NCBI RefSeq assembly: GCF_036323395.1 | Contig: NZ_AP028907.1 | Coordinates: 420,001 to 452,000, forward strand | Length of the DNA stretch: 32,000 nt | Direction: 5' to 3' | DNA from: Pyrodictium abyssi | GTDB taxonomy: Archaea; Thermoproteota; Thermoprotei_A; Sulfolobales; Pyrodictiaceae | Shown here: piece by piece, positions 31,724-32,000 of the stretch | Layout of the letters: the number at the start of each line of letters is the position of its first letter | How positions within the stretch are numbered: the stretch's first letter is position 1 | Position numbers and translations under genes: made by a program | The notes under the pieces: generated by a model | Database searches by the model: none | Told to the model about the DNA's origin: nothing | Seen by the model: only the letters and a program-made list of their open reading frames with translations

Positions 31724-32000
31724 TACCTATGTTCACGAACCTTGTCATTGCGTAGCCGCACCTCCACTAGCGCCGGGTACCGGAGGGGCTCCGAGCCGCG
31801 CTCCGGGGGCCGGGGGGCCTTGGCTAGGGCCCTTCCAGCTAAGCCCGGCCTCTCCAGCCCTAGGCGGGTCTGTACAGTTTCTAGCCTCCGAAATATAGGG
31901 TGTAGCCCACGTGGCTTCTGTACGCGGCATGTATGATACTTATGCGTAGGCTGTTACCTGTGGCACTAGACCATTATAGGTTAGGTGTCTGGCTTACGCT

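Noticed and set aside
31724-32000. ORFs 31745..31930 (-), 31742..31936 (+) and 31614..31898 (+) at the window edge
   Set aside because: They are mutually overlapping Gly/Pro/Ala/Arg-rich frames with no motifs. The region is more likely the promoter or 5' flank of the KaiC-like gene, or non-coding, and it is truncated by the window end.

Overview
GC-rich archaeal chromosome segment. The gene content points to a hyperthermophilic crenarchaeon (Desulfurococcales-like): separate IPCT and DIPPS genes for di-myo-inositol phosphate, PurP, ADP-forming acetyl-CoA synthetase, Arch_ATPase, PaREP1, and TATA-box/leaderless gene starts. Recognisable housekeeping genes, all with intact frames: class III ribonucleotide reductase (nrdD, 5'-truncated by the window edge) plus its radical-SAM activase, with a P-loop kinase between them; tRNA-Gly(GCC) and tRNA-Glu(UUC); a NifB/NifX-like protein; a multi-CBS protein; IPCT and DIPPS; DUF445; purP; ACS beta subunit; Arch_ATPase; an SfsA-like protein; an SQR-like flavoprotein; citramalate/isopropylmalate synthase; a ModD-like QPRTase. 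Five parts look unusual. (1) 4165-9349 is a + strand cluster flanked by the two tRNA genes. It encodes a small membrane protein, a small type IV pilin-like protein and two large paralogous proteins with pilin-like N-termini; one of them carries DUF2341-like and NIDO-like segments. (2) 23890-29859 has a lower-GC mosaic character. It holds three paralogous secreted proteins sharing an unrecognised C-terminal domain, interleaved with a beta-propeller protein, a membrane-anchored wHTH and an RHH-PaREP1 fusion, separated by long non-coding spacers. (3) 18531-19020 is a 490-nt ORF-free, highly structured stretch with its own TATA box, probably a minus-strand ncRNA. It carries RNase P RNA-like motifs in a non-canonical order. 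(4) 30270-31723 is a KaiC-like ATPase gene broken into four reading frames. (5) Several operator-like repeats occur in intergenic regions. Many long ORFs in the supplied track are Arg/Pro/Gly-rich shadow frames of real genes and were not called. All family assignments come from motif recognition by eye; no database search was possible.
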